Origin: Betaproteobacteria bacterium
GTDB taxonomy: Bacteria > Pseudomonadota > Gammaproteobacteria > Burkholderiales > SG8-39
Direction: 5' to 3'
Length of the DNA stretch: 51,190 bases
NCBI GenBank assembly: GCA_016189945.1
Contig: JACPRN010000106.1
Span: forward strand, 1-51,190
The notes beneath the pieces were generated by a model. It had not been told where the DNA came from and did not search any database. It was given only the letters and a program-made list of their open reading frames with translations. The position numbers and the translations under genes were made by a program. Below, one piece after another: positions 1 through 10,159 of this stretch. Position 1 is the first letter of the stretch. Every line of letters starts with the position of its first letter.

Positions 1-145
1 ATTGGAGCCCGAGCGAATTCAGCCGCATCCGGCTGCAATTCGCGCGCGACAAGTCCCGCCTGGGCGCGACCGACAATCAGGTTTTCCTCCAGTACGTCAT
101 GAGCATGGGTGCGCATGGCGCGCACAAATTCTGAGGCGACGAAAA

Positions 146-1048
146 ATGAAACGAATCTCGAAACTTCTGCTCGCGGTTTCACTGGCCGCATTCGCCGCGC
201 CGGCGCCGGCGCTCAATATATTCACCTGCCAGGCCGAATGGGCGGCGCTCGCGCGCGAGATCGCCGGTGACAAGGCTTCAATTAACTCTGCGACGACCGC
301 CATGCAGGACTCGCACCGCATCGAGGCGCGGCCGAGCCTGATCGCGCGCGTGCGCAACGCGGATCTGCTCGTGTGCACCGGCATCGAGCTGGAAAGCGGC
401 TGGCTGCCGCTGCTGCTGCGCCAGGCCGGGAATGCCAAGGTCCAGCCCGGCAATCCGGGCTATCTGGAAGCCGCGCAATACGTGGCGCGGATCGAGGTTC
501 CCAAGCTCCTCGATCGCGCGCAGGGCGACATTCACCCGGGAGGCAATCCCCATATTCACACCGATCCGCGAAATATCGCCAAGGTGGGCGAGGTCCTGGT
601 CGAGCGGCTGGCTCAGCTCGATCCGGCGAACGCAAGCGCGTATCGCGCGCGCGCCAAGTCGTTCCTGGAGCGCTGGCAGGCAGCGATTGGGCGCTGGGAG
701 CGGCAGGCGGTCGCGCTCAAGGGTGTGCCGATCGTCGTCGATCACGCCGACTGGGGCTACATGAGAGACTGGCTCGGTTTTCGCGAAGTCGGCTACCTCG
801 AACCCAAACCCGGCATTCCGCCGACCTCGGCCCACCTCGCCGACCTCGTCAGCCGCATGCAGCGCGAGCCGGCAAAGGTCATCGTCTACGCCGCATACAA
901 CAACCCGAAGGCGGCGCAATTTCTTTCCGAGCGCACCAAGATTCCGGCACTCATGTTGCCGTTCACGGTCGGAGGCAGCGACGCGGCCAAGGACCTGTTC
1001 GGGCTGTTCGATGACACCATTGCACGCCTGCTCGGGTCGCTGAAATGA
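146..1048 (+). CDS. periplasmic metal (Zn/Mn-type) ABC transporter substrate-binding protein, TroA/ZnuA-like
   Basis: In-frame ATG at 146 within ORF 2..1048 gives signal peptide MKRISKLLLAVSLAAFAAPAPA. The body has cluster-9 SBP-like segments (DLLVCTGIELESGWLP, HPGGNPHIHTDP). The stop overlaps the next start (ATGA). Confidence 0.8.
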   Translation: MKRISKLLLAVSLAAFAAPAPALNIFTCQAEWAALAREIAGDKASINSATTAMQDSHRIEARPSLIARVRNADLLVCTGIELESGWLPLLLRQAGNAKVQPGNPGYLEAAQYVARIEVPKLLDRAQGDIHPGGNPHIHTDPRNIAKVGEVLVERLAQLDPANASAYRARAKSFLERWQAAIGRWERQAVALKGVPIVVDHADWGYMRDWLGFREVGYLEPKPGIPPTSAHLADLVSRMQREPAKVIVYAAYNNPKAAQFLSERTKIPALMLPFTVGGSDAAKDLFGLFDDTIARLLGSLK

Positions 1049-1830
1049 CTCTCGACAGCGCGCAATTGGCGATTATTGTGCCGGCCTTCATCGCGGGCCT
1101 GCTGGTCACCGCGACGCACGTGCCGCTCGGCATGCAGGTGCTCGCGCGCGGCATCGTTTTTATCGACCTTGCGGTGGCCCAGACCGCCGGGCTGGGCGTC
1201 ATCATCGCCGATTCGATTGGATTCGAGCCTCAGGGAATCGCGGTGCAGGTGGCCGCCCTCGCGGCGGCGTTGGCGGCGGCGCTGGCGATGACCTGGAGCG
1301 AACGGCGATGGCCGGGGTTCCAGGAGGCGATCATCGGCTCGGTGTTCGTGCTTGCGGCGTCCGCGGCGATTCTCTTGCTTGCCCGCAATCCGCACGGGGG
1401 CGAGCACCTGAGCCAGTTGCTGGTCGGGCAGATCCTCTGGGTCAGTACCGCCTGGCTTCCCTGGGTGGGGATCGTCTATGCTGCGATCCTGGCGCTGTGG
1501 TTCGGGGCCGGCAAGAGACTCGGGCGGACGGGCTTTTACGCCCTGTTCGCGGTCGCAGTTACGATTTCGGTGCAACTGGTGGGACTGTACCTGGTGTTCG
1601 CCACCCTGATCATTCCCGCGCTGGCAACGCGCGTGATGGGGCGAACGCGCCTGGGCGCCGCTTACGCGATCGGCGCGCTCGGTTATCTCGGCGGGTTGGT
1701 GCTCTCCGTGTGGTGGGATCTGCCGCCGGGCGCGCTGATTCCCTGGACCATGGCCGCGGTCGGCGTTGCCCTGGGGATGATCGTGCCCCGCTCGGGGAGG
1801 CGTTCCGATGGTGCGTTGAATGCCGATTGA
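1045..1830 (+). CDS. metal ABC transporter permease (ZnuB-like)
   Basis: 261-aa polytopic membrane ORF (LGMQVLARGIVFIDLAVAQTAGLG...) typical of ABC-3 permeases, translationally coupled to the SBP gene. No ATPase gene follows. Confidence 0.8.
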   Translation: MTLDSAQLAIIVPAFIAGLLVTATHVPLGMQVLARGIVFIDLAVAQTAGLGVIIADSIGFEPQGIAVQVAALAAALAAALAMTWSERRWPGFQEAIIGSVFVLAASAAILLLARNPHGGEHLSQLLVGQILWVSTAWLPWVGIVYAAILALWFGAGKRLGRTGFYALFAVAVTISVQLVGLYLVFATLIIPALATRVMGRTRLGAAYAIGALGYLGGLVLSVWWDLPPGALIPWTMAAVGVALGMIVPRSGRRSDGALNAD

Positions 1831-1850
1831 GTCCCGGGCGCCACGGCCGG

Positions 1851-1878
1851 CTTGATTTTGCGCTTTGCGTCCCCAGGT
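1851..1878 (+). promoter_or_regulatory. putative sigma-32 (heat-shock) promoter of hslVU
   Basis: CTTGATT (1851-1857), 13 nt, CCCCAGGT (1871-1878). Compare consensus CTTGAAA-N13-15-CCCCATNT. Lies 31 nt upstream of the hslV ATG. Confidence 0.45.
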
Positions 1879-1908
1879 AGGGAATTTAGCCCGTTGCCCC
1901 ATCGGTCT

Positions 1909-2445
1909 ATGGAACAGTTCCACGGCACAACCATCGTCTGCGCGCGCCGCGACGGGAAAGTTGCCCTTGGCGGGGATGGCCAGGTAACGCTGGGCAATGT
2001 CGTTATCAAGGCGAGCGCGCGCAAAGTGCGGCGGCTCTATCACGACCGCATCCTGGCCGGTTTCGCCGGCGGAACGGCCGACGCTTTCACGCTCTTCGAG
2101 CGCTTCGAGGCAAAACTGGAAAAACACCAGGGAAACCTGGTGCGCTCGGCGGTCGAGCTGGCCAAGGATTGGCGCACCGACCGCATTCTGCGCCGATTGG
2201 AAGCGATGCTCGCGGTCGCCGACCGCGAATCCTCGCTCATCATCACCGGAATCGGCGACGTGCTCGAGCCCGAGCACGGGCTGCTTGCGATCGGCAGCGG
2301 CGGGCCTTACGCGCACGCGGCGGCGCGCGCCCTGCTTGAGAACACGGACCTCGACGCGGCTGCGATGGTGCGCAAGTCCCTCGAAATCGCGGCCGACCTG
2401 TGCATTTACACCAACCAGAACTTCGTGGTCGAAGTGCTCGAATGA
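1909..2445 (+). CDS. hslV: ATP-dependent protease subunit HslV
   Basis: [43 protein letters not shown]... has the catalytic N-terminal TT motif and strong similarity to HslV. ATG at 1909 inside ORF 1852..2445. Confidence 0.95.
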   Translation: MEQFHGTTIVCARRDGKVALGGDGQVTLGNVVIKASARKVRRLYHDRILAGFAGGTADAFTLFERFEAKLEKHQGNLVRSAVELAKDWRTDRILRRLEAMLAVADRESSLIITGIGDVLEPEHGLLAIGSGGPYAHAAARALLENTDLDAAAMVRKSLEIAADLCIYTNQNFVVEVLE

Positions 2446-2531
2446 ACGGGGAGGAGTAAGGAGTTGGGGATTGCCGGGCAACACCTCATTTCCGCCCCAT
2501 CTGTTTTTTGCTCCCGAGTCTCCTCAGTCCT

Positions 2532-3890
2532 ATGTCGCAAATGACCCCGCAGGAAATCGTCCACGAACTGGACAAGCACATTATCGGGCAGGACCGCGCC
2601 AAGCGCGCGGTGGCGATCGCGCTCAGGAACCGATGGCGCCGGCAGCAGGTCGAGGAGCCGCTGCGCCAGGAAATCACGCCGAAGAATATCCTCATGATCG
2701 GGCCGACCGGGGTGGGCAAGACCGAAATTGCGCGCCGCCTGGCGAAGCTCGCCGAGGCGCCGTTCATCAAGGTCGAGGCGACCAAGTTCACCGAAGTGGG
2801 TTACGTCGGGCGCGACGTCGATACCATCGTGCGCGATCTGGTCGAAACCAGCATCAAGGACACGCGCGAGGCGGCAATGCGCAAGGTGCGCAGCCGCGCC
2901 GAGGACGCAGCCGAGGAGCGGGTGCTCGATGTGCTGCTGCCGGGCGCCCGCCAGGCGGGCGCCTTCGACGCGGGCGAGATCGGATCGCGGGCCGGGCTCC
3001 AAACCCAGGAAGAAACGACGGCACGGCAGAAGTTCAGGAAAAAGCTGCGCGAAGGCGAACTCGACGAGAAGGAGATCGAAGTCGAGGTTGCCGCGCCGCA
3101 CGCGACGATGGAAATCCTCGCGCCGCCCGGAATGGAAGAACTCACGCAGCAGATCCAGGGCATGTTCCAGAACCTGGGGGGCTCGCGCAAGAAGCTGCGC
3201 AGGATGAAGATCCGCGACGCGATGAAGCTGCTTACCGAGGAAGAGGCGGGGCGCCTGGTCAACGATGAAGACCTGCGCGCCAAGGCGCTCGCCAACGTCG
3301 AGCAGAACGGAATCGTGTTTCTCGACGAGATCGACAAGATCGCCTCCCGCAGCGAGGTGGCCGGGGCCGACGTGTCGCGCCAGGGCGTGCAGCGCGACCT
3401 CCTGCCGCTGGTGGAGGGCACCTCGGTGTCGACCAAGTACGGCATGGTGAAGTCCGATCATATTCTCTTTATCGCGAGCGGCGCGTTTCACTTCGCCAAG
3501 CCCTCCGACCTGATTCCCGAGCTGCAGGGGCGTTTCCCGATCCGCGTCGAGCTCGATTCGCTTTCAGTTTCGGACTTCGAGCGCATCCTCACCCAGACCG
3601 ACGCCTGCTTGACGCGCCAGTACCAGGCGCTGCTTGCAACCGAAGGCGTTCAGGTGAGCTTCACCGCGGAGGGGATCCGACGTCTGGCGGAAATCGCTTT
3701 CCTGGTCAACGAAAAGACCGAGAATATCGGCGCGCGCAGGCTCTATACGGTGATGGAAAAGCTGCTCGAGGAGATTTCATTCGAGGCCGGCCGGCGCGCC
3801 CGGGAGTCGATCGAAATCGACGCGAAATACGTCGACGCGAAACTGAACGAGCTTGCCGTGAGCGAGGATCTGGCGCGCTACGTCCTGTAG
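2532..3890 (+). CDS. hslU: ATP-dependent protease ATPase subunit HslU
   Basis: [40 protein letters not shown], Walker [16 protein letters not shown], and C-terminal ...[12 protein letters not shown] at 2532 inside ORF 2508..3890. Confidence 0.95.
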   Translation: MSQMTPQEIVHELDKHIIGQDRAKRAVAIALRNRWRRQQVEEPLRQEITPKNILMIGPTGVGKTEIARRLAKLAEAPFIKVEATKFTEVGYVGRDVDTIVRDLVETSIKDTREAAMRKVRSRAEDAAEERVLDVLLPGARQAGAFDAGEIGSRAGLQTQEETTARQKFRKKLREGELDEKEIEVEVAAPHATMEILAPPGMEELTQQIQGMFQNLGGSRKKLRRMKIRDAMKLLTEEEAGRLVNDEDLRAKALANVEQNGIVFLDEIDKIASRSEVAGADVSRQGVQRDLLPLVEGTSVSTKYGMVKSDHILFIASGAFHFAKPSDLIPELQGRFPIRVELDSLSVSDFERILTQTDACLTRQYQALLATEGVQVSFTAEGIRRLAEIAFLVNEKTENIGARRLYTVMEKLLEEISFEAGRRARESIEIDAKYVDAKLNELAVSEDLARYVL

Positions 3891-3921
3891 GGAGACTGCG
3901 ACGGCTGGGGAGGATACGAAG

Positions 3922-4359
3922 ATGAAGGCGATTTTCGCGGCGTTTGTCGCCGCCGTGCTTGGCCTTGTCGCCGCGCCTTCGGCGGCGCAGGTGGAAGTGA
4001 AGTCTGCCTGGTCGCGGGCGACGGTGTCGGCGCAGAAGACCGCCGGCGCGTACATGCAACTGAAAAGCGCGCAAGCCGCGAGCCTGGTCGACGCCGAGAG
4101 TCCTGCCGCGGCGGCCGTCGAGGTGCACGAGATGCGAATGGACGGCAATGTGATGACTATGCGGCGGGTGCGAAAGCTCGATCTGCCCGCCGGAAAGGTG
4201 GTCGAGCTCAAGCCAGGCGGTATCCACCTGATGCTCATCGACCTCAAGCAACCGCTCAAGAAGGGCGAGAGCGTTTCGCTCAGGCTGAAAATCGAAGGCA
4301 AGGACAAGAAGGTGAGCACCGTGGAGGTCAAGGCCGAGGTACGGGACAAAGCGCCGTAG
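3922..4359 (+). CDS. periplasmic copper chaperone PCu(A)C (DUF461 family)
   Basis: 145 aa with signal peptide. Carries a His/Met copper motif (VEVHEMRMDGNVMTMRRV ... GGIHLMLIDLK) typical of PCuAC. Confidence 0.8.
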   Translation: MKAIFAAFVAAVLGLVAAPSAAQVEVKSAWSRATVSAQKTAGAYMQLKSAQAASLVDAESPAAAAVEVHEMRMDGNVMTMRRVRKLDLPAGKVVELKPGGIHLMLIDLKQPLKKGESVSLRLKIEGKDKKVSTVEVKAEVRDKAP

Positions 4360-4363
4360 GGCA

Positions 4364-4392
4364 CTTGAAAACGCCGGCAGCGCTCCCATTTA
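4364..4392 (+). promoter_or_regulatory. putative sigma-32 promoter of the hsp20 gene
   Basis: CTTGAAA (4364-4370), 14 nt, CCCATTTA (4385-4392). Lies ~46 nt upstream of the ATG at 4438. Confidence 0.55.
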
Positions 4393-4437
4393 CGAGTCAG
4401 TCGGGCGAAAGCCCGGAAACCTTTCAGGAGAACGCTG

Positions 4438-4863
4438 ATGACCAACATGACTGGGTACGATCCCTTCGGGGACACTTTCGACGACATCTTCCGCGGATTT
4501 TTCGTGCGGCCCTTTGCGCTTGAGACCGCTGAGCCGGCGCGCCGCATGAACGTCGATGTCACCGAGGAAGACGGCGCGTACAAGGTGACCGCCGAATTGC
4601 CCGGGGTCAAGAAGGAAGACATTCGCGTATCGATCGAGGGCGACCAGGTCTCGGTTTCCGCCGAAACCCGCGGCGAGCGCGAAGCGAAGAACGGAGAGCG
4701 CGTGCTGCACAGCGAGCGCTATTTCGGCAAGATCGCGCGCGCGTTCCGCCTGGGCCAGGAAATCGACGAGGCGGCGGCGAGCGCGAAATACGCCGATGGC
4801 GTACTGGAGCTGACGCTGCCGAAAAAAGCGGCTGCGAGCGCCCGCCAGCTCACGATCCAGTAA
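4438..4863 (+). CDS. small heat-shock protein, Hsp20/IbpA family
   Basis: 141 aa with an alpha-crystallin domain (DVTEEDGAYKVTAELPGVKKEDIRVSIEGDQVSVSAE...YADGVLELTLPKK). Confidence 0.9.
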   Translation: MTNMTGYDPFGDTFDDIFRGFFVRPFALETAEPARRMNVDVTEEDGAYKVTAELPGVKKEDIRVSIEGDQVSVSAETRGEREAKNGERVLHSERYFGKIARAFRLGQEIDEAAASAKYADGVLELTLPKKAAASARQLTIQ

Positions 4864-4879
4864 TCGTCCGTCGCAATGA

Positions 4880-5863
<984 letters not shown>

Positions 5864-5889
5864 GCCCAGAAGTTCGTGGGCGCTCGGCG

Positions 5890-6444
5890 CTATCGCCGCG
5901 CTCTCGGCCATCGGTGCAGACCCTCGCGGCGGAAGTTCATGCTCGCGCAGATGGTGAGAATCTGGCGCCGTTTCTTCGGCCCGAAGCTCAGGTGAAGCCA
6001 GCGCTCGCCGGCGCTTTCGCCGCATTCGTAGATTAATTGATCGAACTCGATCGCTGATGCGGCGATCTTCTTGCACGCGCGGTACGGCGTGCCGAAATTC
6101 TCGCAAACGAAGTCGGCCGCCAGGCCCCGCAGGTGATGCGAGGTCTTGGCCCCGCCCACTGCCGCATTCAGGGCCCTGCAGCGGTAGGCGCTGGAGATGT
6201 GCAGCGAATGCCCGAGCAGTTCTCTTACCTGCTCCAGGCCCGCGGCGAGAATTCTGAGATTCCCGATGATCCTGGCCGGCGGGGTGTTGTCGATCGATCT
6301 TCTCGCGGCGGTTTCGGAGAAAATCAATTGCCGAAGAGTAAAATGCCGCGAGAGCCGGCGCGGGGGCTGCTCCTTGGCCGATGTGGATTTTCTTCCGATC
6401 AATGCAAGCCGAAGCGACGAGAAATCACTGTCTCCGCGACGCAT
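5890..6444 (-). CDS. peptidase M15A-like (D-Ala-D-Ala carboxypeptidase / phage endolysin-type) protein
   Basis: Contains FTLRQLIFSETAARRSIDNTP, ISSAYRCRALNAAVGGAKTSHHLRGLAADF, FDQLIYE and WLHLSF, matching the Zn-binding H..D / H pattern of Peptidase_M15_3. Start is uncertain (ATG at 6444 gives a ~30-aa N-terminal extension). Confidence 0.7.
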   Translation of the reverse strand: MRRGDSDFSSLRLALIGRKSTSAKEQPPRRLSRHFTLRQLIFSETAARRSIDNTPPARIIGNLRILAAGLEQVRELLGHSLHISSAYRCRALNAAVGGAKTSHHLRGLAADFVCENFGTPYRACKKIAASAIEFDQLIYECGESAGERWLHLSFGPKKRRQILTICASMNFRREGLHRWPRARR

Positions 6445-6475
6445 AGCGCGTGCGAGCCCGGATTATGCCGCAGAA

Positions 6476-7150
6476 ATGCTGACCTGGATCTTCGACCTCG
6501 ACAACACGCTGCACGACGCCCGGCCGCACATATTCCCGCACTTGAGCCGCAGCATGACTGCGTACTTGCGCGAGCATCTGGTCCTTGACGAGGCGGCGGC
6601 GAGCGCGCTGCGGGTGCACTACTGGAGGACCTACGGCGCGACGCTGCTCGGGTTAATGCGCCATCACGGCACCGACCCGCAGCATTTTCTCCTGCACACG
6701 CACCAGTTTAGCGATCTGGCGCGCATGGTGGTGGCCGAAGGGGGCCTGAGGCAGGCGCTCAAACGGCTGCGCGGTCGGAAAATCCTTTTCTCCAACGCCC
6801 CGCAGCATTACGTCCGGGCGGTGCTCGAAATCCTGCGCATCACCGGGCAGTTCGACGCGCTGTATTCGGTCGAGCACATGCGCTACCAGCCCAAGCCTCT
6901 GGTGGGGGGCTTTCGCCTGTTGCTGGCGCGCGAGCGGCTTTCGCCCGAGCGCTCGGTGCTGGTGGAGGACTCGCTCGCCAACCTTCGCGCGGCGCGGCGG
7001 CTCGGCATGAAGACCGTCTGGGTGACCCGGGAAACGCGCTCGCCCGCATGGCTCGACGCCAAGGTCGCCTCGGTCCTGGCGCTTCCGCGCCTTGCGTCGA
7101 CGCTGGGCCAGGGCCAGGCGGCCAAACCGGCCAGTGGCCAGTCCCGCTAG
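6476..7150 (+). CDS. HAD-family pyrimidine 5'-nucleotidase
   Basis: MLTWIFDLDNTLHD (HAD motif I DxD) ... ILFSNAP ... VEDSLANL. ATG at 6476 inside ORF 6197..7150. Confidence 0.8.
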   Translation: MLTWIFDLDNTLHDARPHIFPHLSRSMTAYLREHLVLDEAAASALRVHYWRTYGATLLGLMRHHGTDPQHFLLHTHQFSDLARMVVAEGGLRQALKRLRGRKILFSNAPQHYVRAVLEILRITGQFDALYSVEHMRYQPKPLVGGFRLLLARERLSPERSVLVEDSLANLRAARRLGMKTVWVTRETRSPAWLDAKVASVLALPRLASTLGQGQAAKPASGQSR

Positions 7151-7250
7151 CAAGCGCTCACCCATCCTACTAGAATCGATGCTGCGATGATTCCCGCCGG
7201 CGCTGCCGGCGGTCGATCAGCCACGCAAATGATCGTCGAGGAGGTGAGCC

Positions 7251-7847
7251 ATGCCCGCAAGAAAAACGGGAGAGCGCAAGCACCGCATTCTCCAGGTACT
7301 GGCCGAAATGCTGCAAAGTCCCAAGAGCGACCGGATCACGACCGCGGCGCTCGCGAAGGCGCTGGACGTATCCGAGGCCGCCCTGTACCGCCACTTCGCC
7401 AGCAAGGCGCAAATGTTCGAAGGTCTGATCGAGTTCATCGAGCAGACCCAATTCGGACTGATCAACAAGATCGAGGGCGAAGAGGAAAGCGGGGTGAAGC
7501 AACTGTATGCAATCGTCGCCATGCTGCTCGGATTTGCGGAGAAGAACCCCGGCATGACCCGGGTGCTTATCGGGGATGCGCTGGTGAACGAGGATGCGCG
7601 CTTGCAGGCGCGAATCAACCAGTTGCACGACCGGCTCGAGGCGACGCTGAAGCAGTGCCTGCGCGTGGCGGCCAGCCAGGGGAGCGACGGCGGCCGGCCG
7701 GAAGCCGCGCAGTCGCCCGACCCGGCGGCGCGGGCGAACCTGGTGCTGTGCTACATCATCGGACGCTGGCACCAGTTTGCCAAAAGCGGCTTCAAGCGCG
7801 CGCCGACCGAGCTGCTGGAACAGCAGTGGCCGCTGCTGCTCGTTTAA
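7251..7847 (+). CDS. slmA: nucleoid occlusion factor SlmA (TetR family)
   Basis: RILQVLAEMLQSPKSDRITTAALAKALDVSEAALYRHFASKAQMFEGLIEFIE is close to E. coli SlmA along its whole length. Confidence 0.85.
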   Translation: MPARKTGERKHRILQVLAEMLQSPKSDRITTAALAKALDVSEAALYRHFASKAQMFEGLIEFIEQTQFGLINKIEGEEESGVKQLYAIVAMLLGFAEKNPGMTRVLIGDALVNEDARLQARINQLHDRLEATLKQCLRVAASQGSDGGRPEAAQSPDPAARANLVLCYIIGRWHQFAKSGFKRAPTELLEQQWPLLLV

Positions 7848-7888
7848 AGGGGAAGCTGCGCCGATTCTTGCCGCCTGCGCGCGACGCC

Positions 7889-8653
7889 TCACAGCGCGAG
7901 CGGCACGCTTTTGCCGCACACCTCGCAGTCCCGGTTCTTGGCGATGCGGATTTCGCGCAGGTGCATGCTGAGCGCATCGAGAATCAGCAGCCGTCCGCTG
8001 AGCGTCTCGCCCATGCCCGTGAGGATCTTCAGCGCCTCGGCGGCCTGAATCGTGCCGATGATCCCGGTGACCGGGGCAAACACGCCCATCACCGCGCAGC
8101 GTTCCTCGCTCTGCTCGGCCTTCTCGGAAAACAGGCATTCGTAGCAGGGGCTCGCCGGATCGCGGAAATCGAATACCGACACCTGACCGTCAAAACGTAT
8201 GGCCGCCCCGGAAACTAGGGGCTTGCCGAACCTGTGGCAGGCGCGATTGATCGCGTGGCGCGTGGGAAAGTTGTCGGAGCAGTCCAAAACCACGTCGGCC
8301 TGCCCGACTCGCGAATCGAGCGCGTCGCCCTCGAGGCGGCGTTCGACCGCCACAACTTCGACTTCGGCATTGAAGCGCCCCAGGGTTTCGCGGCCGGATT
8401 CGACCTTGGACATTCCGAGCGTCGCCGGGGTGTGAAGTATCTGGCGCTGCAGATTGGTGAGATCGACCCGGTCGCCGTCGGCGAGCGTGATCTTGCCGAC
8501 ACCGGCCGCCGCGAGGTAGAGCGCGGCAGGCGAGCCGAGGCCGCCCGCGCCGACGATGAGCGCGCGCGAATTCATCAGCCGTTCCTGACCCTCGATTCCG
8601 AGCTGCGGCAGGAGGATATGGCGCGAATAGCGCAGCAACTGGTCGTCGTTCAT
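7889..8653 (-). CDS. moeB: molybdopterin-synthase adenylyltransferase MoeB (ThiF/HesA family)
   Basis: LLRYSRHILLPQLGIEGQERLMNSRALIVGAGGLGSPAALYLAAAGVG, plus C-terminal CxxC pairs (PCYECL, CEVCG). Confidence 0.85.
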   Translation of the reverse strand: MNDDQLLRYSRHILLPQLGIEGQERLMNSRALIVGAGGLGSPAALYLAAAGVGKITLADGDRVDLTNLQRQILHTPATLGMSKVESGRETLGRFNAEVEVVAVERRLEGDALDSRVGQADVVLDCSDNFPTRHAINRACHRFGKPLVSGAAIRFDGQVSVFDFRDPASPCYECLFSEKAEQSEERCAVMGVFAPVTGIIGTIQAAEALKILTGMGETLSGRLLILDALSMHLREIRIAKNRDCEVCGKSVPLAL

Positions 8654-8724
8654 CGCTCAGTTACGATCCGGGGGCGGAGCGCCGACCGGCTCCCCGTCGC
8701 GCTCGGTCTCGTCCGTCGTACGCG

Positions 8725-10146
8725 TCAGTTCTTCTTCGCTTGCGGTTCAGGCCCCTCGGCGCTTTGCTGGGCTTGCGCGACGGGCAGCCCTTTCAGGAAA
8801 TTCATCGCCTGCCTGAACTGGAAATCCTTCTCGGAGGCAAATTCGAGCGGGGCCGCCGGCGCGTCTTCCTGGACCGCGGGCTTGGGCGCTGCCGCTCTTG
8901 GCTTCGCCCCAGCCGGCGGTTTTGCCGCCTTGTCTTCGCCGTTGGAAAGATGCTTCTCCAAGTCGGCCTCGCGCACCCGCGCCAGGGGGCTCGCGCTCGG
9001 ATCGTCGACCACCACGTCCGGAACGATGCCCTTGGCCTGGATCGAGCGGCCGCTCGGCGTGTAATAGCGCGCCGTGGTCAGCTTGATCGCGGTGTTGTTG
9101 CCCAGGGGCAGGATGGTCTGCACCGACCCCTTGCCGAAGGTCTGCGTGCCGATCACCGTGGCCCGCTTGTGATCCTGCAGCGCGCCGGCGACGATTTCCG
9201 AGGCCGAGGCCGAACCGCCGTTGACGAGCACCACCATGGGCACGGTCTTGACCCCGGCGGGCAGGCCTTTCAAGTAATCGGTCTTGCTGCCGCGCAGATA
9301 GTCCTCGGGACTGGAGATGAACTTGCGCTTGGCGTCTTCAGTGCGCCCGTCGGTCGAGACGACCAGCACCTTGGCCGGAAGGAAAGCGGCGGCGATTCCG
9401 ACCGCCCCGTTCAGCAGTCCGCCCGGATCGTTGCGCAGGTCGAGCACCAGGCCTTTGAGCGGGCCTTGCTTGTACAGAGCGTCGAGATGCTTGACCATGT
9501 TCTCGCCGGTATGCTCCTGGAACTGAGACACTCGCACCCAGCCGTAACCGGGCTCAACGATCTTGGACTTGACGCTCTGTACGCGGATGATGTCGCGTGT
9601 GAGCGTCACTTCGAAGGGTTTCTGGTTCCCTTTGCGCACGATCGTCAGGCGAATGCTCGTCTTTGGCTTGCCGCGCATGCGCTTGACCGCCTCGTTCAGG
9701 TTCAAGCCTTTGACCGGCGTGTCGTCCAGCCTGATGATCAGGTCGCCGGGCTTGAGACCGGCCCGGTGCGCAGGCGTGTCTTCGATCGGCGAGACCACCT
9801 TGACGAATCCGTCCTCCATCCCGACTTCGATTCCCAGGCCTCCGAACTCGCCCTGGGTGCCCACCTGCAACTCCCGGAACGAGTCCTGGTCAAGATAGGC
9901 CGAGTGCGGGTCGAGACCCGAGAGCATGCCGTTGATGGCTTCGGTGATGAGCTTCTTGTCCTCCACGGGCTCCACGTAGCCGCTCTTGATCGCACCGAAC
10001 ACCTCGGCGAAAGAGCGCAACTCGTCCACCGGCAACGGGAAACGGGCCGCCTCGCGCTGCGCCACAGCGGAGAAATTGAGGCTGAGCAGCACCCCGGTCA
10101 GCTCCCAGGCCAGCAACAGGCCGATCTGCTTGATCTTGTGTGACAT
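8725..10146 (-). CDS. ctpA: carboxy-terminal processing protease (S41, PDZ domain)
   Basis: 473 aa with a PDZ segment (GLGIEVGMEDGFVKVVSPIEDTPAHRAGLKPGDLI) and an S41 core (VLVNGGSASASEIVAGALQD...GTQTFGKGSVQ). Confidence 0.9.
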   Translation of the reverse strand: MSHKIKQIGLLLAWELTGVLLSLNFSAVAQREAARFPLPVDELRSFAEVFGAIKSGYVEPVEDKKLITEAINGMLSGLDPHSAYLDQDSFRELQVGTQGEFGGLGIEVGMEDGFVKVVSPIEDTPAHRAGLKPGDLIIRLDDTPVKGLNLNEAVKRMRGKPKTSIRLTIVRKGNQKPFEVTLTRDIIRVQSVKSKIVEPGYGWVRVSQFQEHTGENMVKHLDALYKQGPLKGLVLDLRNDPGGLLNGAVGIAAAFLPAKVLVVSTDGRTEDAKRKFISSPEDYLRGSKTDYLKGLPAGVKTVPMVVLVNGGSASASEIVAGALQDHKRATVIGTQTFGKGSVQTILPLGNNTAIKLTTARYYTPSGRSIQAKGIVPDVVVDDPSASPLARVREADLEKHLSNGEDKAAKPPAGAKPRAAAPKPAVQEDAPAAPLEFASEKDFQFRQAMNFLKGLPVAQAQQSAEGPEPQAKKN

Positions 10147-10159
10147 TCACGCTCTCCGA

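Noticed and set aside
1-116. Minus-strand open frame from ATG 116 to the window edge (MRTHAHDVLEENLIVGRAQAGLVARELQPDAAEF...), possibly the start of a divergent ABC ATPase (znuC-like).
   Set aside because: Only 38 codons are visible, the resemblance to ABC N-termini is weak, and only 29 bp would separate it from the SBP gene start. This cannot be supported from the window alone.
886-2484. Long antisense or out-of-frame ORFs throughout the track (for example 886..2484 -, 7170..8138 -, 19130..20296 -, 27555..29261 -, 29011..30783 -, 33908..35506 -, 40328..41554 -, 45300..47006 +, 49021..50892 -).
   Set aside because: They overlap well-supported genes on the other strand or frame and have Arg/Ala/Pro/Gly-rich, low-complexity translations. 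These are typical shadow ORFs in a high-GC genome.
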